Shown here piece after piece: positions 1 to 13,855 of a DNA stretch of 64,000 nucleotides (position 1 is its first letter; every line of letters begins with the position of its first letter). The DNA is taken from positions 60,388,001-60,452,000 of the forward strand of contig OX597823.1 in assembly GCA_951406725.2 (NCBI GenBank), read 5' to 3'. The notes below the pieces were generated by a model, which was not told the DNA's origin, ran no database searches, and saw nothing but the letters and a program-made list of their open reading frames with translations. The translations under genes and the position numbers were made by a program. The stretch comes from Octopus vulgaris. Lineage: Eukaryota.

Positions 1-555
1 TAAATTTAAATAATAGTTGTGCATATATTTGAACCATTTTCTATTTTTAATTCTTGTAGTCATAGTTTGTAGTAGCATTATGTATATAAGTTAGCATAAA
101 GTTTTTTTAATATATATTACTTAATTAGAATAAGATTTGACTTAGATGTTTATTAAATAAACAAATAAATAAATAATTTAATTTAATGTATATTGATTAA
201 ATTATAATATTTTAGTTTTCACTTAATGTATATTTTGTATCTTATATATATATACATTTATTTTGGTTTAAATATTTTATTTTAATTACTTGTATTTGAA
301 TTTTCTAGTAATGATATATTATCATTTGTTATTTTTATCTTATATAAGTTAAAATTTATTTTCATAGATATAATAAATATTTATATCTATTTATTCCAGA
401 ATATATTTGTTAAGATATTTTGTGTTTGTATTTTATGATATATTACTGTATTTTGATCGATTTTTATTGTAAATTTACGTATTTTTATATATATTTTTTC
501 TTACAAGTTTATATACATATATTTATTTATTTGATTATTTTATTGTTTTTATCTT

Positions 556-638
556 AGACCTGAAGAGTGACTATATTTAAATTGAATTGATTTTACTGTT
601 ATCAGTTTGAAAATATAGCCACGAAACACGTGTAGTCT
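556..638 (+). ncRNA. Minimal type I hammerhead ribozyme (canonical core) in an AT-rich PLE-like terminal repeat
   Basis: AGAC|CTGAAGA|GTGACTATATTT...AAATATAGCCAC|GAAA|CACGTG|TA|GTCT. Stem I is AGAC/GTCT, stem II is long, stem III is palindromic. Predicted cleavage after A634. Confidence 0.85.
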
Positions 639-884
639 TTTTACTAATTACATACTTTTTATTTATTTTGTACTTTACTTAATTATTGGTGTATGTTTTA
701 TCGTATACTTAATTTTTTCTATATGGTATAATTTAATTATATCATTGTTATTTCATTGTTGAATTGGTAAAATGTGATTCTTCTCTAATTTATATACATA
801 TATTATATATTGTGAAATTTGATTTAGTATTACTAAATTGAATTTTTCCCTTATAGAATAAGTTTGGAATATATTCCCTAATAT

Positions 885-903
885 TATTATTATTATTTTT
901 ATG

Positions 904-956
<53 letters not shown>
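885..956. repeat. (TTA)n/(TA)n microsatellite
   Basis: Direct reading. Confidence 0.95.
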
Positions 957-961
<5 letters not shown>

Positions 962-1116
962 TTCACAAGTCAGAAAATATGTACTCATATATCTATCAGC
1001 AATTTCACACTGGGTGTTAAATAATAGCACAGTTAAATAATACTGCATGCTCTTCAGAGCTGGCAGATATGGAAAACATATTGTGCCATAACAGAAATAT
1101 ATTATTGCATACTTTA

Positions 1117-1117
<1 letters not shown>

Positions 1118-1165
<48 letters not shown>
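1118..1165. repeat. (TG)n microsatellite
   Basis: Direct reading. Confidence 0.95.
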
Positions 1166-1167
<2 letters not shown>

Positions 1168-2271
1168 TAGACAAACTAAAGAAAAGAGCTTTCAACACAG
1201 TAGGATTTGCGAGGGACAAAATGAATACTAGTAGCCTTAGTAAACTAATTTGAGCTCTAAAAGATAGTAACAAAGTATATTCCATTTGCTGAGAAATAAC
1301 TAGTAAGGCAAAACCTTATAGAATAAGCAATAATAGATGTGAATTTTGTGTGGAAGAAATATACCAAATTTTCACTTCTAAATTTACTCTTATGTACACA
1401 AGAGAGGGACAGGCTCAAAGATGTCCACACTTGAAAAAATATACATTTATACAATTTGAATAAACACAGCTTACCATCTATGGTTACAATTATGATTATA
1501 ATAATAAATGATATTTATACTAATAATACTACTAATAATAATAATGATATCATTTATTTGCCACTAAGGTGAAGGATGAGGAGGGCAATACAAAGGCAAA
1601 CATAATATGTGGGGGGCTTACATATAATGAAATGATAGGGGTAAAATGTAAGTATACAAGGTATACAATGAAAAGGAAGGGACATACACATAGTATACAA
1701 AGGTTAAAAAAAATAATACCAATAATAATATTAATTGAGGGTATAAACCAAAAATAAGAAAAAATACCTCTGAATAAATAATGTACTCCATACAACAACA
1801 TGTAAGCAAAACTGCTAAAATTAATTGAAATCTGAATAAACATTTTTAAAAGTACACTTCAACTGTAATAACAGTAGATGTGATTATAAGACCAGAATTC
1901 CATCAAATATAAATGGTAACACTATTACCTTCAGCTGAATACCAATGCAGCACACTTGTTTGAATCAGTTCACTTTGAAATCATTGTGAGTGGTAGACCC
2001 TTGATGTTGGCTAATTAGTTAAATCGGAAGAGAGAGACAGAGACAGAGACAGATAGACACACAGAAAGAAAACAAAAAAATGAACAAAGAAGCAATGAAA
2101 CAAAGCGAGAAATTTATGTTCTGATTTTAAATGCCACCTGGATCAATTTCTCTTTAATGCCTTCAGGGTCGATAAAATAAGTACCAGTTGAGTATTGGGT
2201 CAATATAATCCACTTGTCTAAAATTGCTGGCCTAGTGTCAAAATTTGAAACCATTATCATTATCATTATTA

Positions 2272-2356
<85 letters not shown>

Positions 2357-2357
2357 A

Positions 2358-2570
2358 ACAGTGAGCTGGCTGAATTGTTAGCACGCCAGGCAAAATTCTT
2401 AGCAGCATTTCATCTGTCTTTACATTCTGAGTTCAAATTCCGCTGAGGTCAACTTTCCTTTTCATCCTTTCAGTGTCGATAAATTAAGTACCAGTTGCAT
2501 ACTGGGGTCGATCTAGTCAACTGGCCCCCTCCTCAAAAATTTCAGGCCTTGTGCCTAGAATAGAAAACAT
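2358..2570 (+). mobile_element. SINE family B (tRNA-like head, GCCTTTCATCCTTTCGGGGTCGATAAA core resembling the Meta-type SINE domain)
   Basis: About 20 dispersed copies, e.g. 2110, 3358, 7580-8200(-), 11505(-), 12478, 13615(-), 15712, 17322, 20070, 23595(-), 24612(-), 32920-33645(-), 34180, 42360(-), 52560-53230. B-box-like GAGTTCAAATTCC. Confidence 0.85.
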
Positions 2571-2590
2571 TGTTACTATTATTATTATTA

Positions 2591-3245
2591 AGTTTTTTCC
2601 TTCTTTCTTCAAATTTTCTTCCGTTTCTCACCGAGTGTTTTCCATACACCTAGGACAGAGAAGCTCATTGCATGCATTCCCAGATTACACACGCAAATTC
2701 ACAGATAAAATATGTATTTAAAAATTAATAAATAAATAAATTCATGGATGGATGTTGTTTTCACAGCGATAATGCTCTTTTCAGTACATGAGCCGTTCTA
2801 GTAAATACGATTTTTTGCAATTCATGTAGGGATGTAGGCCTGGAATCATTTTCAAATAGGTTTCAGTACCTTTTTTTATCATTCCTAGAGATCCTACAAT
2901 CACTGGTACTGTAGTCGCCTTGAGATGCCACATTTTTTCAATTTCTATTAGCAGGTCTTTATATTTACTAATCTTGTCAAATTCTTTCGCTGCTATATTG
3001 TGATCGCAAGGAATACTTATGTCAATTAATAAACACTTCTTTTTTGTCTGATCTTTTATAATAATATCCGGTTTATTAGCTTTTATAGTCTTGTCGGTCT
3101 ATACGGGGAAGTCCCATAGAACTGACACATTTTCTCCCTCAGTCACGGCTTCAGGATGGTGTTTATACCATTTGTCAATGGTTTTGATTTTATAATACCG
3201 ACATATTGTCCAATGTAAATACTGGCCGACTCTGTCATATCTTGC
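2591..3245 (-). mobile_element. R4/Dong-clade LINE 3' fragment (restriction-like endonuclease, RLE) flanked by (TAA)n
   Basis: Minus strand gives ...YDRVGQYLHW...WDFP...NKPDII...LIDISIPCD...KYKDLLIEIEKMWHLK. Homologous to the copies at 24072 and 32142. Confidence 0.85.
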
Positions 3246-3249
3246 TTTA

Positions 3250-3329
<80 letters not shown>

Positions 3330-4914
3330 ATATCATTATCATTATTATTATTATTTTTATTCTGAGTTCAAATTCTGTCACGGTCTTCATCTTTCCTCCT
3401 TTCAAGGTAGATGAAATAAGTACCAGTTGAGCACTGGGGATCTACATTATCGACTATCCCCCAACCCCAAAATTTCAGGCTTTGTGCCTGCAGTAGAAAG
3501 GATTATCATCATCATCATCATCATCATTACGATCATCATCATCATTACGATCATCATAATCATCGTTGGATTTGTCAAAATGATTTCAGCATAGGAAAAA
3601 CATATTAGCTCTTTACATTCTGAGTTCAATTCCTACCAGCTACATTATCTTTCATCATTTTCACGTTCCAGAAGCTAAAGTACCAGTCAAATACTGAGGT
3701 CGATGACAGCATTCTGCGAAAATCAGAAACTGTCATCATCATCATCATTATCATCATCATCATCATTGTCATCACTACTTGAGTCTTGAGAGTCGTGAAT
3801 TGAGAGACTTAGTAAAGTGTTGGACAATATTCACTGCAGAACTTAACATAAAAATCTCTTGTATAACAAGCCTCCTTGTATTATATGCATCTTCAAATTC
3901 ACTTAAAATATCATGTATAACAACAGGCAATGCTGCACAGCTGCTACATGAGTAGATAATCTACCATAATCCAATATATTAGTTTTTAATATTTCATTCT
4001 ATAAGTTGATAGAAATAAGTTTGTATTCAATAAAGAAATAATAATCTGAAAAATAATCAATCAAACATTATTACATCTTTTTTTTTTCCTTAATAAAAGT
4101 GGGTAGGTAAAAAAATAAAAATTGTTGTCTAATTCCATGTGTTATTCATACCCAAATTTTACTCTTGATTTCTGGTTTAAAAAACTGGGCAGATTATAAA
4201 TTGAGCCGTACAATAGTTATGTTGCTTTAAAATGTTCTGGATTCATATCCTGCCAAGAACGGATTTGCCTTTTATATTTTGAGTCAATTGACTTCATACC
4301 CACTCCACCGAAAAATATGTGGTTTTTGTACAAAGTTTATAAATCGTTGTTATTACATGTTACTATTGTAGTCTGATATGTATTGATTGGTTTTCTGGTT
4401 TTATTTTATTTATAATCTTTTGTTCCGACAACTCAGGCTGCACTCTAGTTTATTGTCATTTGAACACAACGAGATTCGAATTAATTGAATATTGGTCTTA
4501 TAAGTGACTACAATATCGTAAAAATTCGTTGGGGGGAGACATTTTGGAATAGGACAATATTTATTTCTCCCGTTATATTGCAAGTAATAATTTATAAATT
4601 CAAACTAAAGTAGAAATAACAATAATTATTGATTACTTTTTTTTAATATGAAAATCTGGCCAATTTTGCGAGAGACTGAATCGATTAAATTGATCTGAGT
4701 ATATTTCAAGAGAGGAGGGAAATTCAGTGAAGAGTGGGGGCACCCTTGTGTGTTAAAATGCAATTTTGACCATGTGGGAACTGAACTTAGATTGACAAAG
4801 AAAGAAATTAAAATGCATTTAGTCAGAAGTAAAACACCACAGATGAAGAAAATGAATGATGGTCTGTGTTTGCCAAAAACATCCTTTCAATAAAAGAAAT
4901 ATTATTATTTGCAT

Positions 4915-5312
4915 CAGGAGTGGCTGTGTGGTAAGTAGCTTGCTAACCAACCACATGGTTCCAGATTCAGTCCCACTGTGTGGCATCTTGGGCAAGTGTC
5001 TTCTGCTATAGCCCCGGGCCAACCAATGCCTTGTGAGTGGATTTGGTAGACGGAAACTGAAAGAAGCCTGTCGTATATATGTATATATATATAAGTGTGT
5101 GTGTATATGTTTGTCCCCCTAGCATTGCTTGACAACCGATGCTGGTGTGTTTACGTCCCCGTCACTTAGCGGTTCGGCAAAAGAGACCGATAGAATAAGT
5201 ACTGGGCTTACAAAGAATAAGTCCCGGGGTCGATTTGCTCGACTAAAGGCGGTGCTCCAGCATGGCCGCAGTCAAATGACTGAAACAAGTAAAAGAGTAA
5301 AGAGTAAAAGAG
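4915..5312 (+). mobile_element. SINE family A, full length (tRNA-like head, CORE-like CTTGGGCAAGTG, internal (TA/TG)n, AAAGAGTA tail)
   Basis: Near-identical copies at 12821-13260(-), 20454-20855, 41325-41722, 43668-44042(-), 46447-46830, 58760-59210, plus many partial copies. Confidence 0.9.
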
Positions 5313-5329
5313 TATATACTACGTAATAT

Positions 5330-5900
5330 ATTCAGGAAGGTACAGTTTCAAAATACATTAGTTGCTGTAGTATATGCCACAGGAAAAACGCTTCTTTTTG
5401 CAATAACAAAACATTCAACACACTTGGTTCGTTGGTACATGGGATTCTGGAACATCAGTGTTTTGACATGTCATGTCTTGTCAGCCAGTAGCATCTGCAC
5501 TTTTGAGCTTATATCATGCTGCTGGCTTCGCTTATACTTTCTGTGAACAAATTATTTGTTGATCATTACCAATCAATAAAAAAATATTATTTGCACTGTG
5601 TACAGTGAGATCTGAAATGATTATCTGCATTTTTATTCTCAATATGTCCAGTCAGGTTAGAACACAAAATATGCTGGTCATTGTATTGTAGTGTACATCT
5701 TAAGAGGAAAAACTTCTCCCTTTTACATTGACAGAGTGCTCACCAGTATCCCGGTCAATGAGCTGAATGTGTTGAAACCAATGTCCTGGCCAGCGAGAGG
5801 AATATATTGAAAACACTGTCATCATAAAAGGAAGAAGTTTTTCTTCTATGATGTGCACTACATTGGCATTTTTTGGCATCCAAACCTGCCTGGATGTATT
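5330..5900 (-). pseudogene. Highly degraded piggyBac-like transposase remnant
   Basis: Frameshifted minus-strand pieces IEEKLLPF...FQYIP...GF.TF.LIDRDTG and LDI...NA.II, plus a Cys-rich tail (KCVEC...YYxxxCxxxLxLPE). These resemble the piggyBac motifs IDEQLLPFxGR...QYIPxKPxKYGIK...DxxTGY. Confidence 0.55.
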
Positions 5901-7089
5901 AAGAATAAATATAACATAAACAGCTATACAATAAAGTTCCCCAAATAGAATTAAATTGTGTTTTGTAAATAGAAGAGAATTATATTGCTTAAGACTATAT
6001 TTATATATTTCTATATAGTTTGGGACTAAATTTCTTCACTGATGTTAAGTTATGTTCAAACTTTAAAGCTTCTATGTGCTCATTTGCAAAAACTTGCACC
6101 CTATCATCTTAAATAAAGAAAAGGTACATTAAATAATCTAGTCCTACATACTTCTAAAGCTAATATGGTGATGGTCGTTGTTGGAATAAATTTATTCATA
6201 GATTTCCTCATTCAGAATTTAATTTGAGCCAAACAATAATAAAAACAAAAACACATAAACAATGCCAAAACTATTAAGAAAGGCTAAATATAGCAGCTAA
6301 AAACTTCCTCATTAACCCTTTGTTAATCACCTGGCCTTTCCGAACATGGTTAGTCACATGGGGTATTTACACACCCCAATAGAAAAATGTTTGTAGTTTT
6401 AGCATTATGTAAAATATACTCATTCTGTTGGTTCAGGATATATCTTCACTCACTGCTGAGAAGTTTGAAACCCTTGTCACTGACTGATATTAATATAAAA
6501 TAATACAATAATTTATAAAATTACAGAAAAACTAAAAAATCTTAGATTCAGATCACATTTATTTTTGAACTCAAAACCTTCATGTTGAAATTAAAAGTGG
6601 TTAGCTACTTTCTTAATCAGTGGGCCATCATTTCATGTTAATTCAGGAATAAAGCACCTGCCGGTGACTGGAGGTTAAACCAGTTGAAACATCGTGTAGA
6701 TATAAATATTGGTATGAAATTTTAGCACAAGGCCAGCAAGTTCAGGGGAGCAGGAGAAGTAAAAATGGGATTGAAAGTGAGTTACCTCAACTGTTCATGA
6801 CTTTGAGGTGTTTTAACACTGGGTCTCCGAGAGTGTATACACCCCACCATGCTATTGCAACCACCTGGAAATACATGAAGCATATAGCATATACATTAAG
6901 CATATGTAGTTAATAATAATTATTCATTTTACAATTGTAACTACTGCTTACATCAGTGGATTATGCATACATTAACGAAGACATGGGCAATCTTTTTTTT
7001 TTCCTTTAGTTGCAGCAAGCTTCATGAGATATCATAAATAACACCTCACTATTAAAAAAACAATTTAGCCTACATCTATATCTAATCCA

Positions 7090-7560
7090 GTACATCACAT
7101 CAAATCATGAAAATAAACTGTCTATAGTACAAACACATCATATTTTTATATTAAGTAAATCATGAAAATATACAAGAGTCAGATTATTACATAACTAGAT
7201 TTAACACTGTGGATAGTAAACGTACATCATATATTGCATTAGCTAAATCATAAAACTACTTTAGAGCCAGACCTCAAGATTATATAACTAAATTTAACAC
7301 TCTGTATCATATATTACATTTACTAATCATAAAAATATATTAGAGTTACACCTAAATATTATGTTACTAAGTTTAACAAACACCGAATGTAATACAAAGT
7401 ACACTATATATTTATATTAAGTAAATCATAAAAATGTACCAGCGTCAGACTTAAAGATTATATTTAATAAACAGCATTTGTAATTATAATGCACACCTTG
7501 TATTACATTAAGTAAATCATAAAAGTATATAACAGACAATCCTAAAAATTATTTTAATAA
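7090..7560. repeat. Degenerate minisatellite, unit about 80-97 bp, 5-6 copies
   Basis: Anchor AAGTAAATCAT(G/A)AAAA, or a variant, recurs near 7102, 7153, 7244, 7324, 7419 and 7510. Confidence 0.75.
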
Positions 7561-9659
7561 ATCATTACATTTGAATGATATTGGTTTCAAATTTTGGCAC
7601 AAGGTCAGGAATTTTAAGAGAGGGAGATAAGTTGGTTACATCAATCCCAGTATTCAACTGGTTTTTATTTTATCGACCTTGAAAGAATGAAATGCAAAGT
7701 TGATATCGGCGGAATTTGAACTCAGAACATAAAGACAGACGAATTGCCTCTAAGCATTTTGCCCAGCATGCTAACAATTCTGCCAGTTTGCTCCCTTACA
7801 TTTGCATAATGTTGCTTTCTACTATATGCACAAGGCCTGAAACTTGTGGGGAGGGGGTAACCCGCTCACATCAACCCCAGTACTTGACTGGTATTTAATT
7901 TATCAACCCCAAAAGGATGAAAAGCAAAACTGACCTTGACAGAATTTGAACTCAGAACATAAAGACATGAAATACCTCTAAGCATTTTACCCGGCATGCT
8001 AACGATACCACCAGCTCACCATCTTATATTTATATAATTATGACATTACATATTTTTTCCTCAATTTGGCACAAGGCAAGTAATTTTGAGGGAAGTCAGT
8101 TACATCAACCCCAGTAGGCAACTGGTACTTATTTTATCAAACCTCAAAGGGGTGAAAGGCCAAGTCAATCTCAGTGGCATTTGAACTCAGAACACAAACA
8201 ACATTACGTATGCCATGCAAAATATAATAAAGAGCCAGAGGAGAAACTTTATCACCCTGCCTGTCAAACTTCTTCCTGTGGTACTTTATTAGAGCTGGAT
8301 GAAATCAACTGTCAAATGCTAATTGTCTCGGCTATGGGCACATCATGGTGTCATTGACAGGATATGAAAAAAAAAACAGAAAATTTCTCAGCTGGTTATC
8401 CAGTACTCTTATTTTATCAGTCACCCAGACTCGGAAAACAAAAAAAAAAAAAAAAAAATTGCCATTTCCACCGCTGAAATTTTGTTATATTTTGTATTTC
8501 AGAAAACACGCAGGGAAATCCAATTTTCCAACCTCCCCTTTTCCCTCCACCACCACACAACTGTACTGTTGTTCTTTTCTTTTCATGTACATTATGGCTC
8601 TTTCTTTCTTTTTTTTTTTCGGTGAGAGGAGGGGAATCCCTTCATGAGATTGTTTGGTAGGGGAGGAAAAAAATGAATAGAATAAATTTTACAAGAAAAT
8701 TATATTTATAAAAAAAAAAGAAATAGAAAGAAAAGGTTAGAAGGGGGTTACTATTTTGGGGTGCTGTGATTTTTTTTTTCCTTTCTTTTTGTCTTCTTTC
8801 CTTTTAACTAGAAAACTATCAAAACAAATGTATCATTACTTTGCGTGTCTATTCATTGTTTCGCCGTCATCTTTAGAAGTTTTGTCATATCACTGATATC
8901 ATAACACGAAACTTTTGTCAGATTCATTCATACATTCGTGATGAGGATTTCTATTTGTTTGTTCATTTGTTTGTTTGTTTGATGTTTTCTATAGTGAAAG
9001 TGATGAAACAAAACAATAGACTAAACACTAACAACGACAACAACAACAACAACAACAAGGCGTAAACTGCTTCGTGAAGAGAAAGAAGATAAAAAAATAA
9101 TAATCTTGCTCATTTATTATCCGGATATTAAATGAGCAGAATAAATATTCTGTTTTATTTCATTAATGGAAATATTTTCATCTTGTTTTCTTTTTGACTA
9201 AGCACAGGGCTTTGGGGTTTTTTTTATATTTTTTGTTTCTTTTTTAATGGGATTATATGACATTTATGCCTTTCCTAAGTGGCCTGAATAGATCTGAAAT
9301 GATTCTAGTTATGGATTGAAGCTGCATAGTGGTTTCAGTATACTAGAAGCTTATATTTTGCTCTGTGGTGCTTAGCATAATAATACAAAAACTACCAAGA
9401 CACACAGAAGTTCCATATTGTATAACTGTTCTTATTTCTGTTTTGAAGCATAAATTTGCATAAATAGTATTCCAGCAGGTGACAAGTTCATTATAAATTG
9501 ACTCGTCATAAACTTTGGTTCCTTTAATTCCTAATGAACCATAGGTGAAGACTAATTATTACACCATGTAACACACTTTTTGTCCTTGGGTAGCAACTGT
9601 TATTTCCTATTTGCTTAACCCTAGAAAGTATGGAAAATGACTAATAGTTCCTTCAAATT

Positions 9660-9835
9660 ATGCTTATTCAAACCCCAAAGAATCTCTCTTAACACATGGC
9701 TATGATGCTCCTCCACTACTTCTGCTCATGATCAGATATGCACATATCGTCAGCCACTAAGGGACATGCTCAAATGGTTAAGGTCAAGCAACTGACAAGC
9801 AAACCTGTGGTATTGAGCTGAATATTTGCTATAAT
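9660..9835. mobile_element. Partial copy of dispersed non-coding repeat D
   Basis: Matches 31696-32117, 33736-34078 and 48338-48882. Confidence 0.8.
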
Positions 9836-10403
9836 GATATTTCTGCTTCAGCAACTCAATGCTGGATCCGTCAGAAACGTAATGGAAAATAGGTGTTTCA
9901 AAACATTACTGTGCATGTCACAAAACAAAGTTTGAAGGGAATAGTAGTCATTTCCTTTGATGTCTAGATAGAAGCAAATAGGCAATAACATTAATTGCCC
10001 AAAGACAAAAAAAAAAAAGAAGAAAAGTTTTGTTTCACAGTGTTTTGGATTAAATATTTTTACATAAATACGCATAAATTTATAGATTTTTATGACATTG
10101 CTTCATTATAATGAAGACTTTGATCACATCATAAGTGTTATTCCATAGTTAAGGTTCTTTAAAACATAATAAATGAATTTGCTTCATTACATTAATACTT
10201 AATTATGTCTTCAAGTTCATCCCATAGTTAAGATTGCTAAAAACCTAACACTCAAACACTTATGACAAAGAGGATGTTATTAATAAAAGTAAAATTAGTT
10301 AATCTGATGAGGAGAATTTAAGAAACTCAGAGCCCATGCTCCCAAGCCCTAAGAAGTATAAATCCCACTAAAGGTTGGAGGAATTGGACTCAATCTTTAT
10401 TAC

Positions 10404-10451
<48 letters not shown>

Positions 10452-10492
10452 TATCATCATCGTCATCATCATCATCATCATTATCATCATCG

Positions 10493-10537
<45 letters not shown>
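10404..10537. repeat. (CAT)n microsatellite, probably an RTE-type tail
   Basis: Direct reading; adjoins RTE-like sequence. Confidence 0.9.
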
Positions 10538-10539
10538 CT

Positions 10540-11000
10540 TACCAGTTTGACAGGAGCTGACCAGCTGAAGGGCTGTTCAGGCTCCCTGTCTGTTTTGGCA
10601 TGGTTTCTATGGTTGGGTGCTTTTGCGCAGCACCAGCATGGGTCCTTTTTATGTGGCACCAAGACTTTCGAGCCTGCAAGATTAGGAATGCCCAGCTCCG
10701 GAGAGGGTTGCAGAGAATGAGCCTGTATGCAAGGGCAACCATGATTTTACATAGCTTGATGTGTCTTTTCAAGCTCAGCAAACTGCCAGGAGTCTCAGTT
10801 CCCTGTCATCCCTTCTGTGAGTCCCAACGTCTGTAGATCCTTTCTCACTACTTTGTCGCATGTCTTCCTGGATCTACTCTTCTCATATGTTCTCTTCACA
10901 ATTAAGAGATCAGCACCTCTTGATGCAACTATCTTCATTAATACACATTACATAACAATACCAATACAGTCTTCTCTCTTGCACACTACATCTGATGCTT
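10540..11000 (-). mobile_element. Degraded RTE LINE 3' fragment
   Basis: Similar to 45540-45730 (ctctcttgcacactacat; reverse complement of the KTWDEVV region). Confidence 0.55.
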
Positions 11001-11289
11001 CATACTGGCTTCATTTCTTTCAAGTCTTTACGTACGTATCCCATTTCTATAAATATAGACAACAAAATCCTTACAATTTTTGTACCGGCTCTGTACCTGG
11101 CTGTTTATATGTAGCATAAAAGCAAACTAATAGCATCTTTTAACTCTTTTGATACCAACCCATCTGATACAACCACAGGTTTAATCATATAAACTTCCCA
11201 TTTTTAAGTTATCAAAATTAAAACTTCTCATGAAATTTCTTGTAGGTTTTAGTTCCAAACACTTGCTATGCTCCATTGCATGGGTAATG

Positions 11290-11510
11290 TCAGTGTGTGC
11301 ATGCACAACAGAGTGTAAATGATTTTAGAAGAAAACTGGGTATAAGAAGCATCAGAATCAGATGCTGTGTGCAAGAGAGAAGACTGCACTGGTTTTGTCA
11401 AGTGATGTGTATGGATGAAGACAGCTGCATAAAGAAGTGCTGAGCTCTAACTGTAGAAGGTACTTGTAGAAGGGGTAAACTCAAGAAGATGTGGGACAAA
11501 GTAGTGGAGG
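11290..11510 (+). mobile_element. Degraded RTE LINE ORF2 C-terminal fragment
   Basis: VQERRL.W...MDEDSCIKKC...VEGTCRRGK..KMWDKVV, homologous to 62130-62330. Confidence 0.75.
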
Positions 11511-12820
11511 AGGGGCTAGATCAATTAAATCGACCCCAGTGCTCAACTAGTAAAAGGATGAAAGGCGAAGTTGACCTCAGCAGCATTTGGAGCCAGAATG
11601 TAAAGATAAACAAATATCGCTAAACATTCTACTCAGTGTGATAGCAATTCTGCCAGCTTCTCCTTAACACTAATATCACAATACCCCCCCTCTCTCTCTC
11701 ATATGTGTATGTATGTCTGTATGTATGTCCCTTCCAAGCTTTCTCAACTGAGTAGAATATGCTTTGCTGAAGAGATCATGCAAGCCTGAAACACTGGCTG
11801 CTGTCATCAGTTGACTTTAAAACAAGAACTATTCCCACATGCATCACAAATTGGCTAAAACTTCAGTCAGTTGATTATATTGGAATTATTTTCTTTGCTT
11901 GTTGCTTTTAGATTTTAAATACTTCTCGAATGTTTTTTATCAGTTCATTGTATGAACAATATCAGTTAATCAAAGTTTGTCAACTCACTATATTACATAT
12001 ATTTGACCCTACCATATATGATAAAATATATATACTAGTCAATCGATTATTCCTTCCCTCAAAATGTGTGGTCTTGCGCCAATATTAGAAATCAATAGTA
12101 TAATATTTTTTTTTAAGACTAAGCAGGAAAAAGTGCTAAAATGAAGCAAGGCATTGAATAGTGCTAATATTATTCCTACAGAGTAAAAAAGACCAGTAAT
12201 AACAGCTTAAATTATATATTTTAAAATGCATCTAAGAATCTATAAATAATTATTAGTTTCTTATAGATTCACATAGATTCTTAAAATACCAATTAATCTG
12301 AAGAGAAAATGAAAAACTTGCTTCAAAATTAGATATTTTTCTTGTGTTTTTTTTTACAATTCGGTAATGTTTTGTTAATAACATGAATCTCAGCTTAACA
12401 TTCGGTGAGTTATAATTCTAAATCATGCCCTGGATCTTGCTAATATGTTCTCAGTTCCATTACTACTGAAGTTGTGAGGTAGCAAGCTGGCAGAATCTTT
12501 AGCATTCCAGGCAAAATGCTTAGAGGGGTTTCATCTGCTTTTTTATTCTGAGTTCAAATTCTGCCACGGTTGACTTAACCTTTCATCCTTTCAGGGTCAA
12601 TAAAATAAGCTGAGCACTGGGATTGATGTAATTGACTTATGCTCTCCCCTGAAACTGCTGGCCTTGTGCCAAAATTTAAAACCAGTCTTACTGAAGTCAA
12701 CTTTTCCATTCAGTTTTCTGGGAGGAGGAAAGGGCAATAAAATAAAGTACCAGTCAAATACTGGGGTCAATTTAATGAACTATACCCTCACCCAAAATTA
12801 CCAAAATAGTAAAATATGGG

Positions 12821-13034
12821 TACTCTTTACTCTTTTACTTGTTTCAGTCATTTGACTGCGTCCGTGCTGGAGCACCACCTTTAGTCGAACAAATCGACCC
12901 CAGAACTTATTCTTTGTAAGCCTAGTACTTATTTATATCGGTTTCTTTTGCCAAGCCGCTAAGTTATGGGGGATGTAAACACACCAGCATTGGTTGTCAA
13001 GTGATGTTGGGGGGACAAACACAGACACACAAAC

Positions 13035-13109
<75 letters not shown>

Positions 13110-13260
13110 GCTTCTTTCAGTTTCCGTCTACCAAATCCACTCACAAGGCTTTGGTTGGCCTGAGGCTATAGTAGGAGACACTTGCCCAAGGTGTCATGCA
13201 GAGAGACTGAACCCAGAACCATGTGGTTGGTAAGCAAGCTACTTACCACACAGCCACTCC
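12821..13260 (-). mobile_element. SINE family A, full length
   Basis: Reverse complement of 4915-5312. Confidence 0.9.
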
Positions 13261-13614
13261 AGTGAATGAACAGAAAAAGAAGAGTAATTGATTAATTAAG
13301 AGTATCAGATTAATGAAGAGCACTAATTCTGCCCAAGATCTCTTACACCTCTCCTACAATCAATCATATAATCAAAATCTCAATGATCATGCATGATTAA
13401 TTAAAAGAAAAATATAGATAAATAAGCTTTACATTTGACAGAGTAATCTGAATGTTAACAGGTTCAGTCTCACTGGGTTTGTTTTTTGCACTTCATCCCT
13501 CCAAGGTCAATTATTTAGTTGAGATAATGATCAGGAGCCTTTAACAACCATCTCTCCAAATCCAGAAACTTGTTTCAGTTCATTCAGTTTTATGTCCATT
13601 TTTCCAAGACAAGA

Positions 13615-13855
13615 CTTATTTCTTATTTCTTTATTGCCCACAAAAGGCTAAACATAGAGGGGACAAACAAGGACAGACAAAGAGATTAAGTCGATTACAT
13701 TGACCCCAGTGCGTAACTGGTACTTAATTTATCGACCCCAAAAGGATGAAAGGCAAAGTCGACCTCGGTGGAATTTGAACTCAGAACGTAACGGCAGACG
13801 AAATACTGCTAAGCATTTCGCCTGGCATGCTAACGATTCTGACAGCTCACCGCCT
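13615..13855 (-). mobile_element. SINE family B, well-preserved copy
   Basis: Reverse complement of 17322-17555. Confidence 0.85.

Noticed and set aside
10301-10330. CTGATGA GGAG...CTC half-hammerhead
   Set aside because: No correctly placed GAAA, UH or stem I partner; at best a deleted remnant
11761-11810. CTGAAGAG...GAAAC motif
   Set aside because: Stem II pairs poorly and no stem I or UH closure can be drawn; possibly decayed but not supportable
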